A DNA stretch of 64,000 nt, taken from NCBI GenBank assembly GCA_964016885.1, contig OZ024740.1:82274001-82338000 (forward strand). Direction: 5' to 3'. The DNA is from Eledone cirrhosa (taxonomy: Eukaryota). Each line of letters begins with the position of its first letter. Positions within the stretch are counted from its first letter, which is position 1. Made by a program: the position numbers and the translations under genes. Below the pieces are notes generated by a model, which did not search any database, was not told where the DNA came from, and worked only from the letters and a program-made list of their open reading frames with translations. Positions 12,703 to 24,744 of the stretch are shown piece by piece.

Positions 12703-14230
12703 ATATATATATATATATATATTTAACAGTTAGCCAAAGCGTTGTCGACAGACACCTGTTTATGTAAACAATGTATTGGTTTTGTTTTTGGTTCTTGATA
12801 TGAGACCCGTCGAAGGGATGTTGTCACTTCATGTTCCGGTAGGGATATACCTTATGAAACCTGGTACTGGCAAGCTAGAGTCGGGGCAGTTTTAGCTACT
12901 GTGGTGCTGGTAGGTAAAATGTTGGCCAGGGCAATAATGTGGCTCTTGAAGGGATTGTGAAACATGATTCTTTCAGGTTGATTTATTTAGTTTTTGTCTG
13001 TAAACTTTCATTGGTAACTCTCAGCACGTTACAGCAATCACCTTAGCCAATCCCTATCACTTTGGCTTAAATAGGTTTTTATGGAATGGACTTTAACTTA
13101 GCTTTTGTACAGAGGCGATGAGGTTGTGCTTAAACTAAATCATACGGATATGTGTGTGAGTGCGTGCATGTGCGCGTGCTACATCTTAATATAGTGGATT
13201 CACGGCATCATATCGTGCATAGCTGCGCATGGCTTTACAGCAGAAGCATTATATGCACATAGATATACGTACTTGTGAAAGTTCGACTACCCATGTGCAC
13301 ACACACACACAGGCAGATAGATACAGAACTCAAACGCGCCAGCGTATAGATACACGAGTACATGGCCCCGGTCACACGAAGGCATATGAATATAGAAAAG
13401 AAAAAGACAGGAAGAAATCAAACCTCATTTAAAGTCAAGGAACAAACTTTAAATGCAGGGAGAACGGTTCATGTGTATCCTGATTTGTAGGAGGGTAGGA
13501 TAATTGTAATTAAGTAAGAAAATGTTTTCTTAACGGAATTATATAAGGGAAATGGAGAAGCCCAACATTCCGTTCGAAAGATTAACGAATGCATATGACC
13601 ATCAAAGTAATGGCTTGAGGGTGAATATGATTTAATATGTTGGTCGTGTACATGTTAATGATTGGGTCTGACAAGTAATATACGCGAACCAGATAGTTTT
13701 AAGAGTTGTTTGACATTGTGTGTCTGGATGCGCTAAAGAAATCGGAAAACGTTTTGATAATGTGGATCCGCTATTTATATTTTCTATTTAGTTCATTATC
13801 CACATACAAAATCATAACACCACTTCGACGTCAGAATGACAGAAACCAAGTACAAAAACCAAATAATCTCTTATATTTAAACACCTGTTTGACGACAAGA
13901 CATTGGATAATTGTTTTATAACATTGTGATGCATTTAAAAACTACCAAAAAATTAGACTGAATATGTGAAACAATCTCTCTTCTTTTACTTAAAATAAAT
14001 AATCGGCCTGATGAGATGCACGTAACAATTTATGATACCCATAAGGTACTTTTGAATACAAAACAGTCGGTTGACGTCATAGATCGAGCAACACTACTTA
14101 TTGAAACAAAACGCATCATATATGCATATATATATATGCACACGTAACACACACACATGTATATATTTATAAATGTATATATATATATATAACTAATACT
14201 ATATATATATATATTTATTGTATAGAAGGA

Positions 14231-14280
14231 TATTCTACAGGACTAGTACTGTTTCATTCAGATGAAATCTTCAGGAAGCT
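14231..14280 (-). ncRNA. Hammerhead ribozyme (family D)
   Basis: Minus strand reads AGCUUC-CUGAAGA-U-UUC(aucu)GAA-U-GAAA-CAG(uacuaguc)CUGU-A-GAAUAU. Confidence 0.65.
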
Positions 14281-14712
14281 GGGTGTCATATTAAGTTCTG
14301 GTATTTATACATTTAGGTAGTGGTAAGGGAGGGGTGGTGACTGGGGGGTAGGGGGTAGGGGGTATTTAGATGGTATTTAGATTAAGTAATGAATAGATAA
14401 AAGAAAAAAGATAGGTAATGAATAGTGAATGGTAAATAATGAATAATAATAAATAATAAATAATAAATAATAATTAATAATAATAAATAATAAACAATAA
14501 TTAATTACTTGATGATAATATTAATAACTTAGTAGTGATAATCATTATTTTAATCCTCTATCAGGCTCAGTTTATAATTTGTCCCACTACTTTTTCCAAA
14601 TATATTATAAATACATGTACGTGTGCGAACGAGTGCGTGTATGTGTATATGTGTTTATGTGTATGTATTTGTATGTGTATATGTGTATGTATGCGTGTGT
14701 GCATGTATATGT

Positions 14713-14768
<56 letters not shown>

Positions 14769-15628
14769 GTGTATATATATGTATGTGTATGTGTGTGTAT
14801 ATATATATATATAAGTATATATGTGTGTATGCGTGTGTTTGTGTATGTATGTGTATGTATGTATGTGTGTGTATATGTATGTATATGTATAGTATAGTGT
14901 ATACCGAGAGACATACATACATGTATGTTTATATATATAAGTGTATATGCACGTGTGTACGTGTAGATATGTATGTATATGTATACATATATATATATAT
15001 ATGTGTGTATGCACACATATGTGTGTGTATGCGAATGCGCGTGTGTGTGTATATTTGTGTGTATGTGCTTTTTTCTTGTGTGAATATATATATGTGTATA
15101 TATGTATGCATATATATATATGTGTGTGTATAGATATGCATATATATATATGTGTGTGTATGTGTTTATGTATGTGGTTGTGAGTATGTAAATATATTTT
15201 ATTCTTTCCATTCTACAAAAACACTCTGGCCACCTGTAGCTTGTATGTTAACTTGACCACTCACCTCAGTCTGTGCCATGATTCGGTCTTGTTTATCTTC
15301 TAATACCAACCCAACTATATATCTGTTGAATTACTATTCTTGGGGTTTTTATTTTTTTTATTTATTTTTATTAATTATTCATTTATCTATTTATTCATTT
15401 ATTTATTTATTTATTTACTTATTTATTTACTTTTTCTTTTTCTTTTCCTTCCTTTTATTTACAAAAGCACTCTGGCTAATTGACCACTCCCCAAAGAAAA
15501 AACGGCCTGTGCCATGTTGTGATCCTGTGTATCTAAATACCATCCAACCCCCAAAAGTCGTCCTCCAGCCACCACCCCTCCCTTACCACTACCTAAATGT
15601 ATAAATACCAGAACTTAATATGACACCC

Positions 15629-15679
15629 AGCTCCCTGAAGATTTCATCAGAATGAAACAGTACTAGTCCTGTAGAAGCT
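15629..15679 (+). ncRNA. Hammerhead ribozyme (family D)
   Basis: AGCUCC-CUGAAGA-U-UUC(auca)GAA-U-GAAA-CAG(uacuaguc)CUGU-A-GAAGCU. Confidence 0.7.
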
Positions 15680-15788
15680 CCTTCTATACAATAAATATAT
15701 TTTACTCTGCCATGTATTGAGTACCTTACTTACTGTGGTTATCCCCGACTCAACCCGGGATCTACGTATATATATATATATATATATA

Positions 15789-17558
15789 ACTTTGATAACA
15801 TTGATAGGTTTCGGCCAGTATTGGCCCAGGCCATGTCTAACTTAATACCACCACCTGGCAAGTCTTACAAATCAGTGTTTGGGTAACATGGCCCACTCGA
15901 GCAGAGAGTTATTGTTTACGGAGGCATATCCGGGTGTAGGAGGCTTATCCGGGATATCTTGAAGCAATTTATCCAAACTGGGACAGAAAGTTTTCAGGAA
16001 TATACCCAGTGTCCAGTAAGTTCCTCCACAGATTAACAAGAGGAGATGCAAGTTGGTGTCGACACACCTTCAGGACACAAGCAGAGAACCTGTGGTGGCC
16101 TACTGCTGAATTGTGTTTAATTTCGTTTATTGCCGCCAAACGTTATGTCTGATATAGTGTGTTGGGGATTAACATCTCAGATACGGCCCAGATCTACCAT
16201 ATCAGGATTGCTAAAAACAGACCATTTTGATTCTGCAGTATCTAGACCATGGTTTTGGCATTGTCCTGAAGTGTGCCATTTTCATCAACAAGGGGTCAAC
16301 AGTGGAGTCGGTGACCTTGTGTTTTTTAGCAAATGAAAGGACACTATGGGGTTGAGTTTTATTTTCTCAATGGTCCACCTCTCTTCAGCTATTCTCTGAT
16401 TATTGTTGATGGTCATCATGCATTTCTGGAGGTTATATTTTTTTTACTCAAGCAAGGTGAAAGCCATTAAATGTGTGTTGCTGTTGGCAGTATTTTAGTG
16501 TGTTCATTTTTTTGTTTGTTCTTTTTTATTTTTCTGATAATTTCTTTTCTGTTTTGGTGGATACTGCACTTGGTTTTGTTCATAGGCTTTGGTGGGGTGT
16601 GTTTTCTAGATATATTTTTGACAGTGTCTACAAAAATCTGCCAAGATGTTTTGATGTTGGTGGAAGTGTGTGCGTGTGTAAAAGACCAGTCGACATGTGA
16701 TGGTTCGTTTATAATTGCATTCCAGTTGGCATTGTAGAGATCCATGTTATCAAATGGGTGGGCTGAAGAGAGGACCCTGGGATTAGCTTTCGGCTTGTGG
16801 AATCTCAGGTTACAAAGAACCATGGCATGGTCTGAGAGAATGTTTTTTTTCCACAGTGATATTATGTATAGTGTTAGTGTAGTTACTAAACACTAGATCT
16901 AGAATGTTCTTCTGATGCCTTGTTGGTGCAAGGACAAACTGGGAAAAGAAAAACTCATTCATTAAGTCAAGAATTGACTCGACAGCGTCTTTGTCAGTGG
17001 TTGAGGCTGTGGAGCCTGGTTTCAAACTACATGTAGACCAATCAACACAGGGTAGATTAAAGTCTCCCGTCAAAAGTATGCTGCTAGAATGGCACTGTTT
17101 AATAAAGCATTTAATACTGTTGAGGCATTCTTTGAAGCAGATTATGGGTGTGTGTGTTGGCCTATAGAGCCCAACTAATGTCAGGTCATTGGCTTTATTG
17201 TGCACAGTGACTGATTCACAGAATCCATTAGAGAATGTGTAGCCATCTGCCGTAAAGGAATCATGCAGGAAAATGGCAGTTCCACCCTTCCTTCTGCCAA
17301 CACGATCCGCACGGATGGTTGTGAAATTTCTAACTCTTACTTCGGCCTCCAAGTGGGAGTTGTGAAGGTGGGTCTCAGTAAGAATGAATAAGATCTAATG
17401 ATATGGATCTTCCATTTCTGTGCATTGATGGATGGGCTGATACCTTGTGTATTGAGTAAGACTGTGGAGGCTAGTGTGGTGGCTGGTTTTCACTGTTGCA
17501 GGGGGCTTGTTTGTGATTGTGTGTTAGTGACAGCAAGGATGGTGTTGGGTGATGTCTA
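15789..17558 (-). mobile_element. Internally deleted, 5'-truncated copy of the 5030-9852 LINE family
   Basis: ORFs 16810-17352 and 16467-16823 match the APE region. The junction at ~15977 fuses the equivalent of ~8377 to ~9664, removing most of the RT. Confidence 0.9.
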
Positions 17559-17569
17559 AAAAAATATAG

Positions 17570-17618
<49 letters not shown>

Positions 17619-17713
17619 TATTGAAATTTCCGTTGAAAACAGAAAAAGGTCATAGAAGTGAAGAGTGCTCTATGTAAGTACCAGAGCAAAATTTATATAT
17701 ATATATATATATA

Positions 17714-18265
17714 CCCCCTCATTATCCAGTATGACCATTACACGATATACCATTAATAATTGCTTCTATCGTGCAATGACTGTGCGTGAAGATATTTTTT
17801 AAACTGAGGAAAGACTCTGTGCACTCTCTGAGCGACAGTAGCTATAACCCGAACAGAAGAAAAGATCAACATCATCGGTAACTACTGAGCCGGAGGTTTT
17901 ATATGGAAGTTATCCCAGGCTCCTGAGTTGCCTTCTCCTAGAAGAATTCCCTGACAAACGCTAGGTGTCCTTCACCCCGAGTGGTTTAACCGCGCGATCG
18001 GGTGTCCAGCCTGACTATTTCTATGTCCCTACGCATACGCATACATATGCACTCACGTATATATATACACACTTACATACCCATGTACATGTGTATATAC
18101 ATATTTACACCCATTTGGATGGGCGTTGACTCTTATGATTTCTTCTGCCCTTTGTCAGGTTTTGTTTTTTTTTCCTTGGTCGGGTTGGCGGTTTACTCAC
18201 CGACGACCCGACCATGCGTCAGCTTCTACTGGGTTACCGTTACCAGTAGCACTCTAGATTGATCC

Positions 18266-18268
<3 letters not shown>
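17714..18268 (-). mobile_element. Probable RTE-clade 5' UTR-derived fragment
   Basis: Minus strand tctaggagaaggcaactc resembles, from memory, a motif of RTE 5' UTRs. It is a GC-richer island between (TA)n tracts. Confidence 0.35.
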
Positions 18269-18338
<70 letters not shown>

Positions 18339-18358
18339 TATGAAGGACTAAATTTATT

Positions 18359-18477
<119 letters not shown>

Positions 18478-18646
18478 CTATATATATATATATATACCTA
18501 TATATATACATACATATATGTATATATATAAGAAAAGAAATGTTCTTTGTATGTGTATGTATGTGCATGTGTATATATATATATAAACGGAAAAAATGAA
18601 ACGAAATTTCATTTCCCACTCGTTCAACTATTTGGCAGGAAGGTAT

Positions 18647-18689
18647 ACGTTGCTGACGATAGCTAACAAGCTTGAAACTAGTACAGCGT
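18647..18689 (+). ncRNA. Hammerhead ribozyme (family B), intact core
   Basis: ACGUUG-CUGACGA-U-AGCU(aaca)AGCU-U-GAAA-CUAG-UA-CAGCGU, with palindromic stem III ACUAGU. Confidence 0.85.
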
Positions 18690-19073
18690 TCCATTGTCAG
18701 TGTTGAACAAACGAGCAACGGTGGTTGCTAGACACTACGGCTTAATACGGGATGTTTGTTTACAAACACACCGAGCATTATAATAAATGTTTGGTGAATC
18801 CATACGTACATATATATATGTATGCATGTATGTATATATATATACATACTACTGTACGTCTTATACATATATGTATGTACGGATACATACTTATATTTAA
18901 ATAACAGCCGTACTAAGAGTGGGAAATAAAATTTCGTTTCATTTTTTCCGTTTATCGTTTTCGGTGCACCCGGCCGATTAACCCACTCGATATGCAAATT
19001 GGGCTACTCAGCCATTAATATGCATAAGGAAAGTATATACTTTCGGACGTTCAACTATCTGGCAGGAAGGTAT

Positions 19074-19116
19074 GCGTTGCAGACGATAGCTAATAAGCTT
19101 GAAACTAGTACAGCGT
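19074..19116 (+). ncRNA. Hammerhead ribozyme (family B), U4A core mutation
   Basis: GCGUUG-CAGACGA-U-AGCU(aaua)AGCU-U-GAAA-CUAG-UA-CAGCGU. Confidence 0.7.
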
Positions 19117-19335
19117 TCCTTTGTCAGTGTTGAACAAACGAGCAACGTTGGTTGCTAGACACTACGGCTTAATACGGGATGTTTGTTTACAAACACACCG
19201 GACATTATAATAAATGTTTGGTGAATCCATACGTACATATATATATATATGTGTGCATGTATGTATATATATATATATACATACTACTGTACGTCTGTAT
19301 ACATATATGTATGTGCGTATACATATATATATATA

Positions 19336-20072
19336 TACATTATGAAGAGAGAAGAAACATTTAGATATAATTGGTAATAAAATGTATCATACCTAAACTG
19401 CTCCTAAATTCCTCGACTACGTAGTTTCGTGGCATAAACAAAAACAATATATCAAAGATATAGAGTCCCTGCGAGGTCTGCCAACTTATCAAGAGGATAC
19501 CTCATTTTACTAGTCTCAAGAACGCGTCTACACGACGTGAGAAAGAATCCCAAAAGGCGGAGGGGGAGATAGTCACGCGATATAACGGTCGAGAAACAGA
19601 GCTAAGCCTCTTATAACCACGAAGAAAATACCACGGAGGCGGAGGGGGTATTCATATCGAGGCCGTAGAAGAGGTAGTGAAGAAGGCGAGAAGTACGAGT
19701 AATGGAAGCTTTCCAGTTGTCCCCACACTTCAAAGATTGCTCGACCAGAGGGAGTTATTAATATATTTAGAAACACACAGATACATGCGGACACACACAT
19801 ATATACATGAATGCATCCGCACCCAACTGCGAGTTAAGGGTGCCAACTTCACCGATGTTGCTCAATGAATGACTGGGACAGACCAATTCAGTTTGAACCA
19901 GACTGAACCAGTATCAGAGTTAAAAATACATTATGAAGAGAGAAGAAACATTTAGATATAATTGGTAATAAAATGTATCATACCTAAACTGCTCCTAAAT
20001 TCCTCGACTACGCAGTTGGGTGCGGATGCATTCATGTATATATGTGTGTGTCCGCATGTATCTGTGTGTTTC

Positions 20073-20078
<6 letters not shown>
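19336..20078 (-). mobile_element. Non-coding HHR repeat (family F): 591 nt period plus 5' inversion
   Basis: An ~85 bp direct repeat lies at 19336-19421 and 19928-20012. 20012-20078 is the reverse complement of ~19762-19830. Confidence 0.8.
19410..19497 (-). ncRNA. Hammerhead ribozyme with U3-A8 variant core (family F)
   Basis: Minus strand reads UCCUC-UUGAUAA-GUUGGCA...UGCCAC-GAAA-CUACGUAG-UC-GAGGA. Confidence 0.75.
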
Positions 20079-20118
<40 letters not shown>

Positions 20119-20525
20119 TGTGTGTGTGTACCTATACGTATATGTTTAGATATGTTTGTATTTATGTATGCTGCACACATGTGGATGTTTGTATGTATGT
20201 GTGTGTGGAAGTGGTGGTGTGCGTGCGTTGTGTGTGCGATTATAAAGACCTGACCATTCTGTATACTTTAACACAGCATGTTAACACAGCCACTTAAAGA
20301 ATTTTCTTCTTGTCTACTTAAGTTGACTACAATTCTTTGTCTGTTTGGGTTGCTCACACATACGCGCTTCGGTTTCACGTATGTATGTTGTGTTTATGTG
20401 TACATAGTGTTTTGGTGTATAAAACTTTGGTGAACTTATGTCTATTTACCCGTTGGTATGTGTATGTGCATTTATGCGTGTATATTTATATATGTATATA
20501 TATAACTATATGTATGCACACAAGG

Positions 20526-20588
<63 letters not shown>

Positions 20589-21124
20589 ATTTGGTATAGG
20601 TTCGTATGTGTGCGCGTATATGGGTCGCGCCGGTTTACGTACGTGTGCGCGTAGTTATGTTTATGTGCATGTATATGTATGGCGTGTGTTTTCGCGTATG
20701 CACGTATATGTACGTATATAGATGTGTGTATGTATTCAATTATTATTACATTTATGATTTTAATAACTTCTGTTATTTTCGTTCAACAACTTTATTTACA
20801 TTATTCTTAACTCCGAAGCCGATAATCATTCGGTTTCCTAAATAGAATGTTCGTCTAATGAGTCCAATTATACCATAAACGTGGTTTTGTCCTTGCGTGT
20901 ATTTGTTCTCAACGCTCCACATAACGAAGTACTATCTCCGCTTGTTTCCGTTCATTGCCAGGGAACGGTCTTCACGAACCAAATAATAGTCTACTTGTTT
21001 TTCTTCGATTGCATGGTTTTTCGAAATATTTACCTCTGCGTTCACAGATTGATTTTTTTTAGTTTCAGAAGGTCTCGTTAAGGGTGACGGCAGCTTAAAC
21101 TTTATTCTGTTATTTTAATATATA

Positions 21125-21290
21125 TCTCTATCTAAGGCGGGTAAAATTCCCGAGATCCATGGACAAGTTCTCTCCAGAGGTCTCTGTCCCTTATTATCGC
21201 TGCCATGTCCTGCATCTCCAACAGACCAGTGTCTGTCCTTAGGGCATCAACATACGTTAACCTTGGTCTTCCTCTTCTAGTGTGTCCATA
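21125..21290 (-). mobile_element. RTE-clade LINE 3' end fragment
   Basis: GHTRRGRPRLTYVDALRTDTG...DRDLWRELV is the typical RTE ORF C-terminus (GRP...W), followed by a short simple-repeat tail. Confidence 0.75.
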
Positions 21291-21294
21291 TATA

Positions 21295-21393
<99 letters not shown>

Positions 21394-21397
21394 TATA

Positions 21398-22375
21398 CTA
21401 GCAGCAGTACCCAGCGTTGCCTGGGTAGGTAAAATAATATCTGCTTTGAGGAAAAGGTGTTGATCTTAGCGACTGCTTCTCGATGACACATCTATGGCCA
21501 CACACAGGCCATGCGGGGGAGAGTAGTGATGATCTCTATAACTGAGAAACGCGGGTGAATGACGAAGGGGCATGCCGAGGGAGGCAGGTAATGACTTCTA
21601 ACACTAACCCAAATTTCCTCACGCTACTTGATTGGAAACCGATGAATTATTAAATACACAACCAAAAGCTCAGACCGCATCAGTGGCCATCGTTTTGCAT
21701 TTGACCATCTATAAGATGTGCAATGATAGATTCTATCGTAGTATAAAGGTTGAACCAAATAAATTGATTTATGTGCGAGGTGGAGCCGAACTTTCGAATT
21801 TGAGCGAAATCGGTTGAAAAATGTGGAAGCTAGAGCCGAAAAGGCGTAAATTTGAGCGAAAAAGTGGTATTTTCGAATATTTAGCAGTTGCCGAGCCGTT
21901 ACTGAACAAACAATCCAAAATGTAAAGCCACTTTAAGACGTAGGATAATGAGATCTAGCGTAGTGTAAAATTTGAACAGAGTAGGTTGATTAATGTAGGA
22001 GCTAGAGCCGAAAAAGTGGAAATTTGAGTCTAAAAGTGGTATTTTTGAATAATTAAGCGGCTGGTACGCCGTCCGTGAAGAAGGAATACAAAATATAAAG
22101 TTATTACAGGATGTGCAACGATAAATTCTATTTGGCTTTAAGATTTGAACGAAATTGGTGGCAAAATGTGGTAGCCAGAGCCAAAAATTTTATTTTTCGA
22201 TACCTAAAAAGAGGTGAACCCCACTATCGATTTTTATCTGCAGAATGACCGCGCAATAAAAACAACTATACGCTGGTATATAGAAAACACTCCCGGATGA
22301 CTAATTTATGAGCATGTAAAATTTTATGAAATTACACAGACACACAGATACACACACATACTTAATTATATATCT
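21398..22375 (-). mobile_element. Non-autonomous Helitron with internal ~172 bp tandem repeats
   Basis: The minus-strand 3' end has a hairpin TACCCAG-gcaacg-CTGGGTA (21408-21427) then CTAG|T (21398-21401). gctagagccgaaaa recurs at ~21828, ~22000 and, diverged, ~22174. The 5' end is uncertain. Confidence 0.7.
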
Positions 22376-22919
22376 ATATATTAATAATAATAAATTTGAA
22401 GACTAAAATACAAAGAGGGCGCGATAAGGATAAATATATATCAAATATATAAGATCCCGCTAAGGGTGAAAGGATCGATTCTTTGCTTAAACTTTAATCT
22501 GTTATTTTAATAATTGTTTATATATATATATATATATTTAAATATACATTAATGTATATATATATATATATGTATGTATATGTTTTATGTGTGTATGTAT
22601 GTGTATGTGTATATATATTTATGAGTGTGTGTGTGTGTGTGTCTGCGTGTGATTGTAGACCCCTGACCATTTCTGAATATCTCACCAATGAATACCCATT
22701 GTTTGCTTGGAATAAATGAACCTTAAACATTTGGAATGACTCTCAGTGTGATCGAGTTTGTCTAAAGGTACTTTTTTTCTGCCTTTTTTTTCTCTAAATA
22801 CAGTTTATGAAGTATCCCCTTTCTTTAAATCCATCAACCAATGACCTCTACCCATCCAATCACCACCCGCTCCTACTACCAGAAAATGTATAAATACCAC
22901 CATATTAAGTTGACAGTCG

Positions 22920-22968
22920 ACTTCCTGATGATTTCTCTCGAATGATTCAGTTCTAGTCTTGTAGAAGC
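22920..22968 (+). ncRNA. Degenerate hammerhead (family D)
   Basis: cttc-CTGATGA-tttctctcgaat-GATT-cagttctagtcttgta-gaag aligns to the family D HHR with GAAA lost. Confidence 0.45.
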
Positions 22969-23219
22969 CATTTCTATATTATATATCAAATGTATAAGTG
23001 TGTGTAGAGAGAGAGGGGAAGAGAAAGAAAGCGAGAGCGAGAGAGAGAGAGACACGCAGGGACGGATGTGGGTTTAGGTGTTCGATGAGCAAGGATAGTG
23101 CTATAGTTTACTCCTACATCATGACTGCTTAGACATGTGTCTGCTGCGGTCTCGTGAGTGAAATTTCCTTGACTGAAAAAACGGTATATCATCGTACTCA
23201 TCAATACACACACACACGT

Positions 23220-23298
<79 letters not shown>

Positions 23299-23480
23299 TA
23301 TATGTGTGTGTGCATATATATGTGAGTGTTTGTGTGTATGGGTGTGCGGTTGTGGTTTATTCTGTGTGTGCTTGCTTGCGTATGAAAAGCAATGAATAAA
23401 CCCTTATTTAAACAAATTGAAGACTAACAATAATAATCATTTTATGTTGCATTTCTCAGCCATCAATTGAAAAGCACCCC

Positions 23481-23552
<72 letters not shown>

Positions 23553-23634
23553 TAGAGGTTCTCCTACATGGATATAAAGTAGTGGCCGTACTCGAAAACG
23601 AGTTGGCAGCCACCATATATATATACATACATAC

Positions 23635-23666
<32 letters not shown>

Positions 23667-23669
23667 GTA

Positions 23670-24200
23670 GATTAAGACAGGGGGGGGGGGAGAAAAAATG
23701 GCTTCACTTGTGCTTTCAACAAATTTATTTTCTTCACAAAATCCCAAAAGAATTTTTTTTTTAAAAAATTATTTCATAAATTGCTAAGTTTCTCCCCACC
23801 CAACCCTACTCACCGTCTCAACTCATTACTGCTATGAACACTTTTTCAACACACGTACACCCATGCACTTATTAAAGGGGGAGAAAAGAAACCCCTACCA
23901 CACTACAGACATGTTAAATCCCTATATATAGAACAACACACCACATACACATCAGTTTGACAAGCGCACCTCAGCGTGAAAGGTCTTTCTAAAAACGAAA
24001 CAATACCTCCTACGTTAACGAAGAACTCCTAAGACCTAACCAACAACCAACAACTTAATTTATAAAATAATTTTTTTTAAGAAAAATTCTTTTTGGATTT
24101 TGTGAAGAAAATAAATTTGTTGAAAGCACAAGTGAAGCCATTTTTTCTCCCCTCCTGTCTTAATATACCTAACTGTACCAAGGATTACACACAATTTCCA
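23670..24200. repeat. Unclassified element with ~100 bp inverted repeats
   Basis: 23672-23775 is the reverse complement of ~24065-24163. Flanked by (TA)n. Confidence 0.7.
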
Positions 24201-24274
24201 ATATATATATGTATATATGTATATAAGTATATATATATATATATATGTATATTTGTATGTGCATATATATACAC

Positions 24275-24318
<44 letters not shown>

Positions 24319-24698
24319 CACCGAGAATATAAAAAATGATGCATAAATTAACTCGAAATATTTCACCTCTTCTCTATACATCACCCCTCTCTATATATCG
24401 AAGTCATTATTGTGGATCATGAAATATTCGGTTAGTTGATAGTAGCTGACAATATCCTGTATCACATGAGATCACATACATGCGAACACAAAAAGCTGAG
24501 GATAGACTATTCTGATTTGGCTTGCCCTTCGCAGAATAACTACGTATTGATTAAATTTCTTAGGTTGTTTACTTCTTTAACTTATATTTTGCATATGCTA
24601 AAGAACTTGATATATTTCCATATTTGCATTCATAGACCTGCACACACAGACCCAGACAGAGTAACATAGACATAAACGCACAGGCACAACTGTACAAA

Positions 24699-24744
<46 letters not shown>

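Larger units (their letters stand above)
14215..15770 (+). mobile_element. PLE-type 3' region (family D) with an inverted 5' segment and internal microsatellites
   Basis: 14215-14380 is the reverse complement of ~15530-15700, and both carry the HHR. A diverged copy lies at ~22650-22985. Confidence 0.65.
18585..19320 (+). mobile_element. Family B HHR repeat: tandem 1.6-mer (427 nt period) with a short inverted 5' piece
   Basis: HHR cores at 18653 and 19080 are 427 nt apart. 18585-18621 is the reverse complement of ~18917-18953. Confidence 0.85.

Noticed and set aside
12725-13140. Mixed-composition segment that might be a coding relic
   Set aside because: No recognisable motif was found by eye.
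14004-14030. Isolated CTGATGA
   Set aside because: No stem II/GAAA follows, and it is expected by chance.
20925-20980. Minus-strand GUGAAGA-CCGUUC...GAACG-GAAA
   Set aside because: The core is altered and stems I and III could not be formed. It may be a decayed HHR but is unsupported.
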